From Octopus sinensis (Eukaryota): a stretch of 64,000 bases of DNA. How positions within the stretch are numbered: the first letter of the stretch is position 1; each line of letters opens with the position of its first letter. The notes below the pieces were generated by a model, which saw nothing but the letters and a program-made list of their open reading frames with translations, had not been told where the DNA came from and ran no database searches. The translations under genes and the position numbers were made by a program. The stretch lies in the NCBI RefSeq assembly GCF_006345805.1, contig NC_043006.1:19468001-19532000 (forward strand). The letters run 5' to 3'. Positions 10,696 to 23,865 of the stretch are shown piece after piece.

Positions 10696-13275
10696 TGCCG
10701 AGCAATCAACAAAACTGTGATGTCAGAGGTGCGCGAGCATAGGAGGAACCGAGTTTCATTGTGGCTGGACTACAAGAAAGCCTTTGACTCTGTTCCCCAC
10801 TCATGAATGCTAGAAGCCCTTCAACTTGCTAAAGTTCCAGCGAGAATAGTCAAAGCCATAGCTGACCTGACTTCATCGTGTGCCACCATCTTGAAATTAA
10901 ACACAGAGTGACTGTATTATCACTGATAGAATACAGTATCGCAAAGACATATTCCAAGGGAACAGCCACTCTCTGATGTTGTTTACACCTTTTGTAAACA
11001 CTTTGTCATTCATGTTAAAGATGTCTGATAGATATCTCACTGGTTCACAAGGAAACAGAAATATCAAAATTACACACTGGTTTGTTGTAGATGACCTGAA
11101 ACTTTATGAAAAGAATATGCTCGAGATGGAAAAGAGCCTTCACCAGCTACAACATTCTCAAAGGATGTAGAATTGGAGTTTCTTTAGGGTAAATGTTGTT
11201 ATATTGTTGTGAAAAGGGGGACAACTGTAAGCCAGACTAGCAACACTCCATCAATTACTTGACTGTTTTTTTTATATCTGATGAGGAATGTTACAGGTAT
11301 CTAGGAATGGATGGAAACATATCTTACAATGGCACCTGTAACAAAACACGTGTCACTAAAGAATATTACAGCCGAATATAGAACATTTGGACCTCAGAAC
11401 TCTCCGCATTCAATAAAACAGTGGCCCACAATGTGTTTGCAGTGCCAGAACTCACACCAACATTTGGGCTGCTTGATTGGACGCTTGATGAGATCTGAAT
11501 CCATTGATGTGAAAACCTGAAAAATACTAACAAGCACACATAATTTCCACATAAACAGTGACTTAGACCGCCTCTAGCTAAAAAGAAAAGAAGGCGGCAG
11601 AATCTTAACGTCGATCCAAAATTCTTTTGAATATATATATATATATTAATAACTCATAACCCATCATAACAAACAGTAATGTATGAACTTTTAAATCATA
11701 AAAATGAGACGCATATCAATTTTGTTTTTCTTTTATTTTTGTAATCACATATTACGTTTGATTATCAACACATTTGATTAGAATCCTAGATTCTCATATC
11801 GATTCTTGGAATGTTTTCGCGATTTTTCGATACAGTAGCAAAATAATTAATAGCTAATTCGCTCACCTTGTTATTGAAATATCTTTCTAAAATACATTAT
11901 AACTTATTGTTTCCATCATTTATTAGTCTAATGCAGCGGAGGAAAGAACCAATAAATAGCTGAGCTTAAATATTTTCTGTGACTTCAACCTTGTTACATT
12001 TTACTCCAGATTCGTTCATCCGAGATCACCAATTCAAAATCCATATCCCTCGGCAACATTTGTAAACCGCCAAGTATCGAAATACATCCCTTAAACAAGT
12101 TTGCACACGTGACGTTGATAACATCATAAGATTTGAAAGGCAGCTCCTTGAGCAACATTCCTGGTGTGATAACCTTAAATACATGTCCAAAGAAGTCGCA
12201 CGACTCTACCGCAACGTATCATCAAATGAAAGGATTAATATATATAAGCACAAGACTATACATGGATATGTTAGTAGAAAGCTCCGAGATGATAGTAACA
12301 TAGATCATCAAAGCAGTCTATCATGGACCAATAGCCAGATTACCACCGCCCAGGTTATTCGTTTGCAGTCCAGGAACAGAAAATATCAACCAAAAACCTG
12401 ATGCACAAAAGGGATAGAAAAATAGGAAAAGCAGTAAAATTTGACAACCTATGCAGAATTTGTGGAGTTGGCACTGAAAATATCACCCACATCATAAGCA
12501 GTTGTCCGAAAATGTCATCACGGTACGATCTACCAATGAGACATCAAGTTGTAGTTAGGACACCCTATAATGAAATCCGTCGGAAGGATAATCCCGAGGA
12601 CAAAGAAATAAGAACCCTAGCTACTCATAATAAAAACGAGTACTGTTGGAATGTCCCAGTAAAAACCTCAATAAAATGTAGGTACGACAGATCTCATATA
12701 ATGATTTGTGATAGAGAAGAGAAAGTGTGTACAGTTGTGGAAATTAACTGCCAGCGGATGTTAACATAAAGCTGAAGATCAGTGAGAAAGAGAATACCTA
12801 TGCTGAACTATTGAGAAATCTACAGTTACTCTATCCAGATTACAATACCTGTATTTATTGGAGCCGTAAGATATGTAACCCGTTGCCTAAATACCAATCT
12901 TGAGAAATTAGGCTATTCAAAACCAGATTGGAAAAACCTGATCCGAAGACTACAGATCCAGTCCATCACTGGAACTGTAAAAATTTGTAAAGCTTTCCAG
13001 AAGTTTATCATTTAAATATATATGAGCATGTCTAGATATGCAAGTATATGCATGAGAATATAAACATAAAACAAAACATGGAAATCTGCATATATGTCCA
13101 TATACATATATGTCCATCCATACATACATACACACATACATACATACATACATACATACATACATACATACATACAAAAATACCCTGTTGTTGATTCCAA
13201 TGAGGGAGCCTTGGATCTAGGTTAAAAACCGGCTCTTCTATTTGCAAGAAATCTTAAAATAAAACTGAATAATGA
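10695..13275 (+). mobile_element. 5'-truncated R4/Dong-clade non-LTR retrotransposon (RT + CCHC + restriction-like endonuclease), pseudogenised
   Basis: WLDYKKAFDSVPH, IFQGNS, FVVDDLKLY, CRICG...HIISSC, RH.VV and D..ICDREEK.C.VVEI motifs; 3' UTR with internal CATA repeat; flanked by (CATA)n on both sides. Confidence 0.88.
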
Positions 13276-13285
13276 TATACATACA

Positions 13286-13316
<31 letters not shown>

Positions 13317-13767
13317 GATACGTACATAAATACATATACATACGTATAAACATATATATATATATATATGTGCACGTGCCGCCATACATATTAACATATA
13401 CTCACACATATACGCATATACATATACGCATATCTGCATACTTAGATACCTGCATACACATATACTTAAATACATACATACATTCATATATGACTACCTA
13501 GCTGATGTCTCAAACCCAATAAAATAACCTTCTTTCTGATCTAGACACCACTTCTTTAGACATTGTCTGATTCTCTTTTAATAATAGCCATAATATACAC
13601 AAACACGCACACATACAAACGACACGCAGTCCCATGCACATACACACACACACACTTGCATGCACGCTCACATTTTATACACACACATATATATATGTAT
13701 GTACATGCATATATATGTGTGTATATATATATATATATGTATGCATATATATATGTATATATATATA

Positions 13768-15458
13768 CGCGAGAAAGAAGCAACAAGAATGGATAGGTTT
13801 TTAGTACAATCGTTTCATACAAGGACAGGCTTTATTAAAAGTTGTAAAAATTACAGCATATAAACGTGTCCCGTACTCATCAGCTAAAATACATGTGAGT
13901 TCTCTAGACATCCTAGTGGTTGAGGCTATACTCATGAAGTAATGTAGATAATTAAGTAACATAAACAGATTTCCAAAGTTCATTAAATTTCTTTAAAGAT
14001 GATGTACAGTCTTATCACAGAATTTTAAAAAAGTTCCAATAGCATCACAGAGAAGGTGACCTAATCCATAGAGCACATATGAATTTCCAGAGATATGATG
14101 AGGGATTACATACTCACAGAAGACAAATTTATCCATTGTTAATCACAACGAGGTGGGTCTCAATTCCTGCTTATTAGCATTACAGAGAGGGTGAATTAAT
14201 CCTTTGTATAGATGCACAATTTCCAATGGTGTAGATGTAAGTTTCCAGAGAAATGAAGAGGAATTTCATATTCACAGGCGATAAATTTATCAATGGTTGA
14301 ACACAATGAGGTAGGTATCAAAACTTGCTATATGATTAGGTATTTGCTACATTAATCACATTACTGCTATTTACAAGAGGCTGTAGCTATTTAACTTTTA
14401 AAGGCTGAAGGGCTTTCTAGAGAGGCCAAGAATAGAAAGGGAAGGGAATAGAAGAAAAGAGAGAAAATAAAGGAGGAGGGAGCAAAAAAAGGGGGGGGAA
14501 GGGGACTAAAAGAGAAGAGAAAAGGAAAAAGAGAATAAGAAGAAGAAACAGAAAAAAGAGAAAAGAGAAAGAAATGGGAAAGAAGGGAAAAAATAAAAAT
14601 AAAAAAGAGGGTTCTAGTTATACAGACGAATTAGTAGACTGCAAGTCTGGTTTTAATTTACAGGCATCTAGGAACTAGAGGAGAATATTATTCTTTGGCC
14701 AGTAAAACAGCTAATTTATTGCTGTTGAAATCAGCTATGAATTTAAAGAGAATCTAAAGAGATAACACAGTCAGGGGTTTAGGGGTCAGATGCTAAAATC
14801 AAAAGAAAATACATTAGGAAAATCTAAGTGTAATCTTATCAAAAAGTCAATAAAACTTACTTATTTAATTTATTCATTTTATTGTCTTAAGGAGTTGCCG
14901 TTATTATTCATACATTGACGGACTACAGGTCAAATCTTAGAAGATCATTTACAAGGTGTTAGGGGATTGTCTATCATAATGAAGATAATCATATTATCAC
15001 CGAGGGGGTAGCCTTATTTATTTAATTTTGAAATAGAATTATGGGGCTATAGTATCTCATTTTATTTTATTAGAGTTATGCTACTTAAATTAGATTAAGT
15101 TAGGAATTAAAATTAAAGATTACAATTAAAATTTAAAATTAAGAATTTAAAAATTATGAGTTTGAAATTAAATAAAGCCTCAATTAAGCAGCGTATAAGT
15201 ACTATTCATTTCCCTGTTCTCAAAAAAACTGATGCAGATATAAGGAAAAAGATAACTGTAGTGTGAGAACTCTTAGTTATCTACTTAAAGCAGTGCTATA
15301 CTAGTAGAAATCAAGTTATATCTATCTATCTAGTTACGGATATTCTAATCATTTAAAATATTTTAAAGTCTTCAATTTAGCGTGGACACAAACTTGACCT
15401 AGTTCGATATGATTATTCAATAAGTTACTATGTTTTCTATGCTTTAGAATTTCATAAT
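13768..15458 (-). mobile_element. Penelope-like 3' remnant between (TA)n tracts with terminal hammerhead
   Basis: HHR ~30 nt from the (TA)n junction; decayed ...FLDACKLKPDL resembling a GIY-YIG C-terminus at about 14640-14740; diverged tandem duplication 14043-14330. Confidence 0.6.
13799..13889 (-). ncRNA. Type I hammerhead ribozyme
   Basis: Minus strand: ttttag CTGATGA gtacgggaca...tgtccttgtat GAAAC gatt GTA ctaaaa; stem I is 6 bp and perfect. Confidence 0.85.
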
Positions 15459-15487
15459 TGTATATATATATATATATATGTATGTTT

Positions 15488-15528
<41 letters not shown>

Positions 15529-15573
15529 TATGTATATATATATGTATATATATATGTATATATGTATATGTAT

Positions 15574-15604
<31 letters not shown>

Positions 15605-15676
15605 CATGTATATATATGTATATATGTATATATATATGTATATATATTTGTATGTATATATATATGTATATATATG

Positions 15677-15720
<44 letters not shown>

Positions 15721-15730
15721 TATATATATA
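15459..15730. repeat. (TA)/(TATG) microsatellite
   Basis: Direct inspection. Confidence 0.95.
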
Positions 15731-16646
15731 GATCAATATATATATGTATTATATGTATGCATGTTATCACGCTTTGAATTGTCTGTTGATGTGTAGGGAA
15801 GACAGCATCCGGTGAAGTTAACCATCGCATTGTTATACAATACTAACGGACAATGAAATCTCAACAACAACAAAATATAGTCATTTACTATAGAAATAAG
15901 TTTTTCATCGGTGACAGCTTTGCATTTCTTTGTCAAAATTTAAAAAGAATAGTAGCAACCTTAGAGTTCCTTTAAGCGAATCCACTGCATTAACCGACAA
16001 GATTCTATTGGCATTTATCTCTACAAAAGTTTTCTATAAATAATCTGTTACTATTTGTTGTTTTATTCTCATAAAATTTGATTCCTTTCTTTTTGTAATA
16101 TACAAACTTTCACTGTCATTCCGAACGAACGTTCGTGTTTAGAATGATGTGACGGCCTACATTCTAGAAAAGTCACTCGCCTATAATGTTTACTAAAATT
16201 TTTTAGATGTATTGTAAAAAATTGTTCTGAAGTTCACTGATAATATCTAAGTGTGGCTTTCTCACATGTGCGTGTATCGCCAGTATTGTGGCTTTTATCG
16301 CTGTTTCCATAAAGCGGAACAAACCCAAAATAGCTGATTTTTAGAGAGGTCAGAATATAGCGCACAGCCCAATTCATATACATGTTGCTGCTGGCAATAG
16401 CTCGAACAGAAAGGATGTAAAACGTTTCTGTCTATTTTTTTTTTTCCTTAACCATTGCAACCGTGAACAACCCTATCCAAAATGTCACCAACTCCTACCG
16501 ACTCCTACAATATCATTTTACACTTTGTCACTTTTCACCAGGTTATACAAGTTTCACTGGTGGTGGCTAACACTAGTCCCCTTAGATTCTGTTACACTCG
16601 CACACACACACACAACACACACACACACACACGTATATATTTATGC

Positions 16647-16920
16647 CATTATTAAGTTTTATTTCAAGATTTCTTGCCAATAGAGAAAGAGCCGGTTTCT
16701 AACCTTGATCCAAAGCTCTTTCATTGAAATTTCAACATCAACATGGTAATTTTGTTTATTTGTATGTAGGCGCAGGAGTGGCTGTGTGGTAAGTAGCTTG
16801 CTAGCCAACCACATGGTTCCGGGTTCAGTCCCACTGCGTGGTGTCTTCTGCTATAGCCCCGGGCCGACCAATGCCTTGTGAGTGGATTTGGTAGACGGAA
16901 ACTGAAAAAAGCCTGTCGTA

Positions 16921-17002
<82 letters not shown>

Positions 17003-17615
17003 GTGTGTGTATGTGTTTGTGTGTCTGTGTTTGTCCCCCTAGCATTGCTTGACAACCAATGCTGGTGTGTTTACGTCCCCGTCACTTAGTGGTTCGGCAA
17101 AAGAGACCGATAGAATAAGTACTGGGCTTACAAAAGAATAAGTCCCGGGGTCGATTTGCTCGACTAAAGGCGGTGCTCCAGCATGGCCGCGGTCAAATGA
17201 CTGAAACAAGTAAAAGAGTAAAAGAGTATGTATGTATGTATATGTGCAGATTTGTATGCTTTGTTTTATGCATGTATTCTCATGCTTATATTTAAAAGAT
17301 AAACTTCAGGAAAGTTTTACAGATTTTTACATTTCCAGGAGTCTTCGAATCAGCTTTCTCTTTTCTGGTTTTGAGAGGTCTAATTACTCAAGATTGATAT
17401 CTCGACAGTGTGTTACATATCCAGCGCTCCAATAATTACAGGTATAAACCTGAATTTGTAATCTGGATAGAGTAACTATTGATTTCTCAATAGTTTAGTG
17501 TAGATGCTTTCATTTTCACTGATCTTTAGCTTCATGTTAACATCCGCTGAGCAGCTGCCTTCCACAAGAGTACACAGTTTCTCTTCTCAATACCAAATGT
17601 CAGGTCTGTTATGTT
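16647..17615 (-). mobile_element. R4/Dong 3' end (same family as 10695-13275), split by a family B SINE
   Basis: tcaagatttcttgccaatagagaaag 3' UTR and endonuclease-domain remnant; SINE sits in the UTR TATG repeat. Confidence 0.82.
16768..17226 (+). mobile_element. SINE family B
   Basis: Near full length with internal (TA)n. Confidence 0.92.
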
Positions 17616-17619
17616 TCCC

Positions 17620-19385
17620 CTCTGCAAGCTCAAAATAAAACACTTATTTCGGCATGCGTTCATCTGCCATTCGAACGCTATGGCCACACCATCTCAATTG
17701 GTTCCTCAAAATTATAGCTTTAATTGAAGTGATGCCTGCAGATGCAAGGATATCCGTGTTTGGGATAAAAGAACTCCATTTAATTTTTTAAATGCGATGA
17801 AGTCATTTTTGATGTAATTGTTCTCACAATTTAAAATGCCGTTCATAACAAGTCCAAGTTTCACAGGAATACAACAGGGATGGTAACACAAATCATTTGT
17901 AAAGAGCCAGCTTTGTATTCTTATTTATATGACGCTGGCACCAAACGCGTGACTCTAAGCCACCAAAGGATTTTGCTGCCCTTTGAATTAGCAGCTGTAT
18001 TTCTGTATCAAGATTTCCATCATTTGAACAGAGCTTCCAAGGTAGACGAACGAAACGACAACCTCAAGTAACTTGTCCTTAACAAAAATTTCAGTGGGGT
18101 TACAAACAGCATGTTGATGCATTGCAACCGTTTTTTTTTTTCAAGTTGATGGTCAAGCCAAAATCATTACAAGCCGAGTCAAATGCAGATACAAGAGATT
18201 GCAGACCTTTTTCAGAATGACTGACAACATCGCAATCATCAGAGTACAAAAGTTCCCTAATGAGTGAAGTAAAAGTCTTCGTTTTGAATTTCAGTCTGGT
18301 CAGATTAAAAACAATCCCTGTTGTTCGATATTTTATGTAAATACACTCCGCTGAGTTTTGAAAAGCATGTGACAACACAACAACAAAGTATATTGCAAAG
18401 AGGGTGGGTGCATCAAGGTCTCCTTGCTTTACTCCATCTTCCACAGCAAAAGATTCAGAGAGCCTACCACCAAAGTTAACTCTAGCTTTCATATCTTCCT
18501 GCAAAGCTCTGATCATGTTTACAATTTTTTCTGAGCAACCTATTTTCCTTAGAATTAGCTACAGAGCATTTCGATTCACAGTATCGAATGCTTTTCTCAA
18601 ATCAACAAAACAATAGTATAGAGCAAGATTTTGTTCAATGCACTTTTCTTGTAATTGTTTGACAGTAAAGATACAATCAGCGGTTTTCCCCTAGAGGAAA
18701 GAAATCTACACTGAGATTCAGACACTAAATTTGGAACTATAAAGGTATTTAAACGTCCTAACAAAATGCGGGCAAGTACCTTTCCAACCGCAGACAAAAG
18801 CGAAATCCCATGCAAATTACTACACAGATCCTTTGGCCCCGATTTATACAAGGAAACCAATATGGCATCAATCCAGTCTTGATGCACTAACTCAGTTCCC
18901 CAACAGTGACAAATTAATATATTAAAAAGTTCAAACATTTTGTCACCTCCATATTTCAAGACTTCTGCACAGATCCCATCAGACCCTGGAGACTTATTGT
19001 TATTCAGCTTATTCACAGCTAAATAAATGTCATTTAGAGCTTGCTCAAATGCCATTTATTCTATAACTGGAAGGTGTTCCAGTTTTTCTATCGCCCTCGT
19101 GTCAACGGATGATGGTCTATTCAAAAGTGCAGAAAAATGTTCTACCCAACGCTTATGAATAGAAGCGGTGTCAATCAGAAGAAAACGCCCATTTGTTGTT
19201 CTCACTGGAGCTATTGAAGAAATTTTGGGACATACACCTCCTTAACATACGAGTACAAACGCTTGGCATCGTTTCCATCAGCTGCTTCTTGTGCCCCTTT
19301 TGCTCTACCATTCCTGTTTAATTTTCCTTAGAACAAGTCTGCACTTTCCTTTTCAGCTTTCTGCAAGCTTTGTTTGAGTTGGGGT
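17620..19385 (-). mobile_element. RTE-clade LINE RT region, pseudogenised
   Basis: KSPGSDGI.AE.LK.GG, GISLLSAVGKVLARIL, GVKQG...PTLF, LLYSDD, FGLTINLKK in ORFs 18597..19055 and 18100..18516. Confidence 0.88.
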
Positions 19386-19637
19386 TCAAGGACTGAGAAA
19401 GAAGTGTATTGTCTAAGTTTTGTTTTTCTAAAAGTAGACCATGAATTTCTGCTGATATGAGAACCAGTCACTGGACTTATGTTGTGATTAACGTTTCTTT
19501 GGATGTCCTGTACCCGTATATGCATGCATATATACATATATATCTAGGTATGTACATATATGTATGTATATATGCATATATTTATATATCATTTATATTA
19601 CTATATGATCGAACACCACGCATCCTTTTCCAAGTAA

Positions 19638-19699
<62 letters not shown>

Positions 19700-19700
<1 letters not shown>

Positions 19701-20768
19701 GTGGTCTGATCAAAAAATATCCGGACTGTTGCTGCAGTAACGAAGCTAAAACACGGAGAGTGATGCCGCTGGGAAAAACTTAACTTGAACTCTACTGTGC
19801 ATGCGCACTGAGTTTTAACGTTGTAGCTTACTTCCGCTGTTTACAGTAGTGAATGGAATGAACGTGTGTAGCGTGTGATCGTCGCATTGACAATGTCAAA
19901 GTAAGTTGATCAGAAGCAGTGAGCTGGCAGAAACCTTAGCACACCGGGCGAAATGCGTAGCCGTATTTCGTCTGCTGTTATGTCCTGAGTTCAAATTCCG
20001 CCGTAATCGACTTAATCCCTTTGTCTGTCCTTGTTTGTCCCCTCTATGTTTAGCCCCTTTAGAAATTTCATCAGAGAATTTGCATCACCTTTTGCCAAAA
20101 GTTTGGCAATACCTGCTACGCAAAGTTTTCGAAAAGTTTGGCAATACCTGCTACGCAAAGTTTTCAAAAAGTTTCCATCGTTCTCGACGCAGTGAAGGGG
20201 ATTTTGTGTACCTGAAACCCGAATGTCATTTTGTTCAGGTGAAAGCAGTTTTGGCACAAACTTGGCAGACATGTGACTCATACCTAAATCTTCACTGATA
20301 ATGGACTGAAATGAACCGTAACTAATCTTCACATCTTCTGATTACTCACGGATGGTGATTCGACGATTTCCATTCACATTTACGATGTTTTTCTCCGTTC
20401 TGCTGGGTGCGGGACTCCCAGAATGTTCGTCAATATGGACATTTTTCGGCCAACTTGGAAATGTCTAAACCATTTGTACACTTGTGTGCGGCTCATACAC
20501 TCCTCTCCATACACTTTCTGCAATTTACATAGCCCTCTGAGCAGATATCACCATGACAACTTTCTCTGTCACGGTCATTGCGACAATCATACGCTACACA
20601 CACATTCCTTTCAAGTATTGCTGCAAACAGCGGAAGTAAGCTAGAACGTTAAAACTTAGTGCACATGAACAGCAGAGTCCAAGGTTAATCTGTGCCAAGC
20701 GGCTTTACCCTGCGTAATTTAGCTTCGTTATGATGGCAACGGTACGGATACTTATTGATCAGACCTCG
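19700..20768 (-). mobile_element. Mariner-type DNA transposon derivative with ~200-bp inverted ends
   Basis: TA|CGTGGTCTGATCAA...TTGATCAGACCTCG|TA; transposase N-terminal remnant RRITIRE...ISEDLGMSHMSAKFVPKLL. Confidence 0.85.
19918..20058 (+). mobile_element. SINE family C, internally deleted, inside the mariner
   Basis: gagctggcagaaacc...ttcaaattccgcc joined to taatcgacttaatcc tail. Confidence 0.8.
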
Positions 20769-21576
20769 TATATATATAGATATATATATATTATATTAAA
20801 TTAGAGATAAAACCACTATTAGGCAAATCAAACAATGAAAAACTTAAGCCAATACATAAAATTAATTAATTTATATTATTTTAAATATATATCAAAAGTA
20901 TTAAAAGTTTAATAAAAGATAATGAGAAAGTTTATATACATACATATATGTACATACCTAGATATATATGTATATATGCATGCATATACGGGTACAGGAC
21001 ATCCAAAGAAACGTTAATCACAATATAAGTCCAGTGACTGGTTCTCAGATCAGCAGAAATTCATGGTCTACTTTTAGAAAAACAAAACTTAGAGAATACA
21101 CTTCTTTCTAAGTTTAATAAAAGACAATGAAAAACTTAAGCCAATACATAAAATTAATTAATTTATATTATTTTAAATATATATCAAAAGTATTAAAAGT
21201 TTAATAAAAGATAATGAGTGTGGGTGAACGTAACGGGAAAAAGTGAAAAAGCGCGAGATGGAGATATAATTCGCCAGTATACGAAGGAGCATTATATGTA
21301 TACATATGTGTATTCGTGAGGTGTGAGGAGAAAAATTACGAGAGCAAGGAAGTGAGAGAAGGAGAGGATGATAGGGAGATATGGAGAGTAAAATAGGAAA
21401 GCGGAGAAAATGGGGAAATAGAAGAGGCGGGTGGATATATGGAGCTGGGTGGGTTATCGAGCAAAGAAGAAGAAAAAGAACAAAAAAAACGGGATGGTGA
21501 TCATGGTCATGATCATGATATATCGAAGGACCTCTTTCAAACCCGACTATATCTTTTGAAAATATTCAAACTAATA

Positions 21577-21845
21577 AGGCGTAGGAGTTGTTGTGTGGTA
21601 AGTAGGCGTAGGGGTAGTTGTGTGGTAAGTAGCTTGCTTACTAACCACATGGTTCCGGATTCAGTCCCACTGCGTGGCATCTTGGTCAGGTGTCTTCTAC
21701 TATAGCCTCGGGCCGACCAAAGCCTTGTGAGTGGATTTGGTAGACGGAAAGTGAAAGAAGCCCGTCGTATATATGTATACACCGACTAAAACAGCGGTGC
21801 TGTAGCACTATCACAGTCAACTGACTGAAACCAGCAAAAGAGTAA
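21577..21845 (+). mobile_element. SINE family B with duplicated head and deleted middle
   Basis: aggcgtagg..gttgtgtggtaagt occurs twice in tandem; tail remnant gactgaaaccagcaaaagag. Confidence 0.8.
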
Positions 21846-21869
21846 TAGTAGTTATTCAATAAACATTGA

Positions 21870-23865
21870 TAGGGATTGGCTGAATGATTAACATGCTTGT
21901 TTTTGAACTATAGGGTTCCGAGTGGGGTCGTTCCCAGTGCTTGATGCATTTGGCAACTGTTTTCAACTATAGCTTACCGTCGACAAACAGGTAGGCGAAA
22001 ACTAGAATATCGTTGAGAGGACCGTTCCTTCCCTTGGGGAATCTTATTCTGTGATCAGTTTTAACAACAATGTTTGGTCCTTGCGTAACTCTAGAAGGTC
22101 CCTTTTATTGCAAGCATTTGAAGCAGAAGTCCCTGAAAATGGCCATGGAGCCAGTGACGCTGCCTCTTCTCACTAAGCCAAAGAGATATTATTTAAAAAA
22201 AAAGATAAATTCAAAAAAGATATGATGTATCTTAGAATGATATATAGTCGTTTTTAATGTATTTAATGGAAAAGCATATGAAATCGATAGCTATGGAAAT
22301 CATTTTCATCTATGTTTTATTGATTTTCAAATGACAAGTAAACATTAGCACTGCTTTAACTTTAGAAACCTTTTAGAAAACAGCTGCAAAGTAAAGAAAA
22401 CTTTCAGAATTTGGTTAGAAATGAGGAAGACATGTACCTCAAGATGGTTAGATGTAAATAGTGGAGGCGCAATGGCCCAGTGGTTAGGGCAGCGGACTCG
22501 CGGTCATAGGATCGCGGTTTCGATTCCCAGACCGGGCGTTGTGAGTGTTTATTGCGCGAAAACACCTGAAGTTCCACGAGGCTCCGGCAGGGGATGGTGG
22601 TGATCCCTGCTGTACTCTTTCACCACAACTTTCTCTCACTCTTACTTCCTGTTTCTGTTGTACCTGTATTTCAAAGGGCTGGCCTTGTCACTCTCTGTGT
22701 CACGCTGAATATCCCCGAGAACTACGTTAAGGGTACACGTGTCTGTGGAGTGCTCAGCCACTTACACGTTAATTTCACGAGCAGGCTGTTCCGTTGATTC
22801 GGATCAACCGGAACCCTCGTCGTCGTAACCGACGGAGTGAAAAGAAGAAGAAGATGTAAATAATATCTATGATAATCTTTGATCGTTTCATCACTTCAAG
22901 CCACGGTAAGGATGAGACAAATATTACTAGGGAGTATATTGTTTTGAAAATACCCCCAATACCTTTAGGTTCGTCTGTTGCCTGTTTCAGAAGTATGAGG
23001 TAACGTAAAGTAAATCGGCTATTCATGCTAACGAAACTTCACTAAAAGCTTTACAAAATACGTTCCATTTGTCTATATTCGAAAGTAGATAACTAGCTAC
23101 AGTCAGATAAGCCAGTAACTTAATACTTAGCTTCATATTTTTGAGTGCCAGTTTTATATTGAACAAAATATATAAACACGGTCGAACGCGCTATTATATA
23201 TATGAGGCAAGACATTGTCGTCATATGTGAAGCATGGAACATTAAAAATAACAACGTGAAATATATGTATATATATGTGACAAGGAAAACTCAAAATCAG
23301 TCATCGCGAGTGATTTTTACTTACAGTATTTTAGTACGTCTCTTTTTTTCATTCTCTCCGCTTTCTAAATGTCTTTCATTTTGCAGTAATTTCTTTAAAA
23401 GTTTTCTAAAGTAAAAGCTGTGGCAATGTTTACTTGTCATTTGAAAATCAATAATGTATTGATGCTAATGATATCAATAGATATCAATTTCATATACTTT
23501 TCCATTAAATGCATTATCAGACAATACATATACATCTAAAGTATATCACATTTTGTTTAAATTTATCTTCCTTTAAAAAAAAAACACTTTGGCTTAGTGA
23601 AAAGAGGAAGGTAGCGTCCGTGGCCCTTTTCAAGGATTCGTAGATTAGAGGGTTGGCCCGAATGGCTGCAACAGAGGGGACTTTTCTAAAGTTATACAAG
23701 GGCCAACTATTGTTGTTAAAACTGATCAGAGAATAAGTTTCCACCAAAAAAGAAACGACATTCCACAATTTGCACCTACCAAGGCGTTGATCGACGTTGG
23801 GCAATGGAAAGAATCCGGAACCACACACTTTCGAACCGAGCTTGTTAACCACACAGTCAAACCTT
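21870..23865. repeat. Old ~500-bp inverted repeat pair (about 21870-22410 / 23360-23865)
   Basis: Matching blocks tgatcagttttaacaacaat, cactaagccaaag and tattgattttcaaatgacaagtaaacatt are found reverse-complemented in the right arm. Confidence 0.8.
22463..22839 (+). mobile_element. SINE family A
   Basis: TSD agatgtaaata. Confidence 0.92.

Noticed and set aside
11278-11290. CTGATGA hits here and near 20069, 28330, 45470 and 50657
   Set aside because: No matching GAAAC-NUH and stem I; chance matches, several inside LINE, SINE or Tc1 sequence.
20097-20170. 35-bp tandem duplication
   Set aside because: Simple slippage inside a decayed transposon; only two copies.
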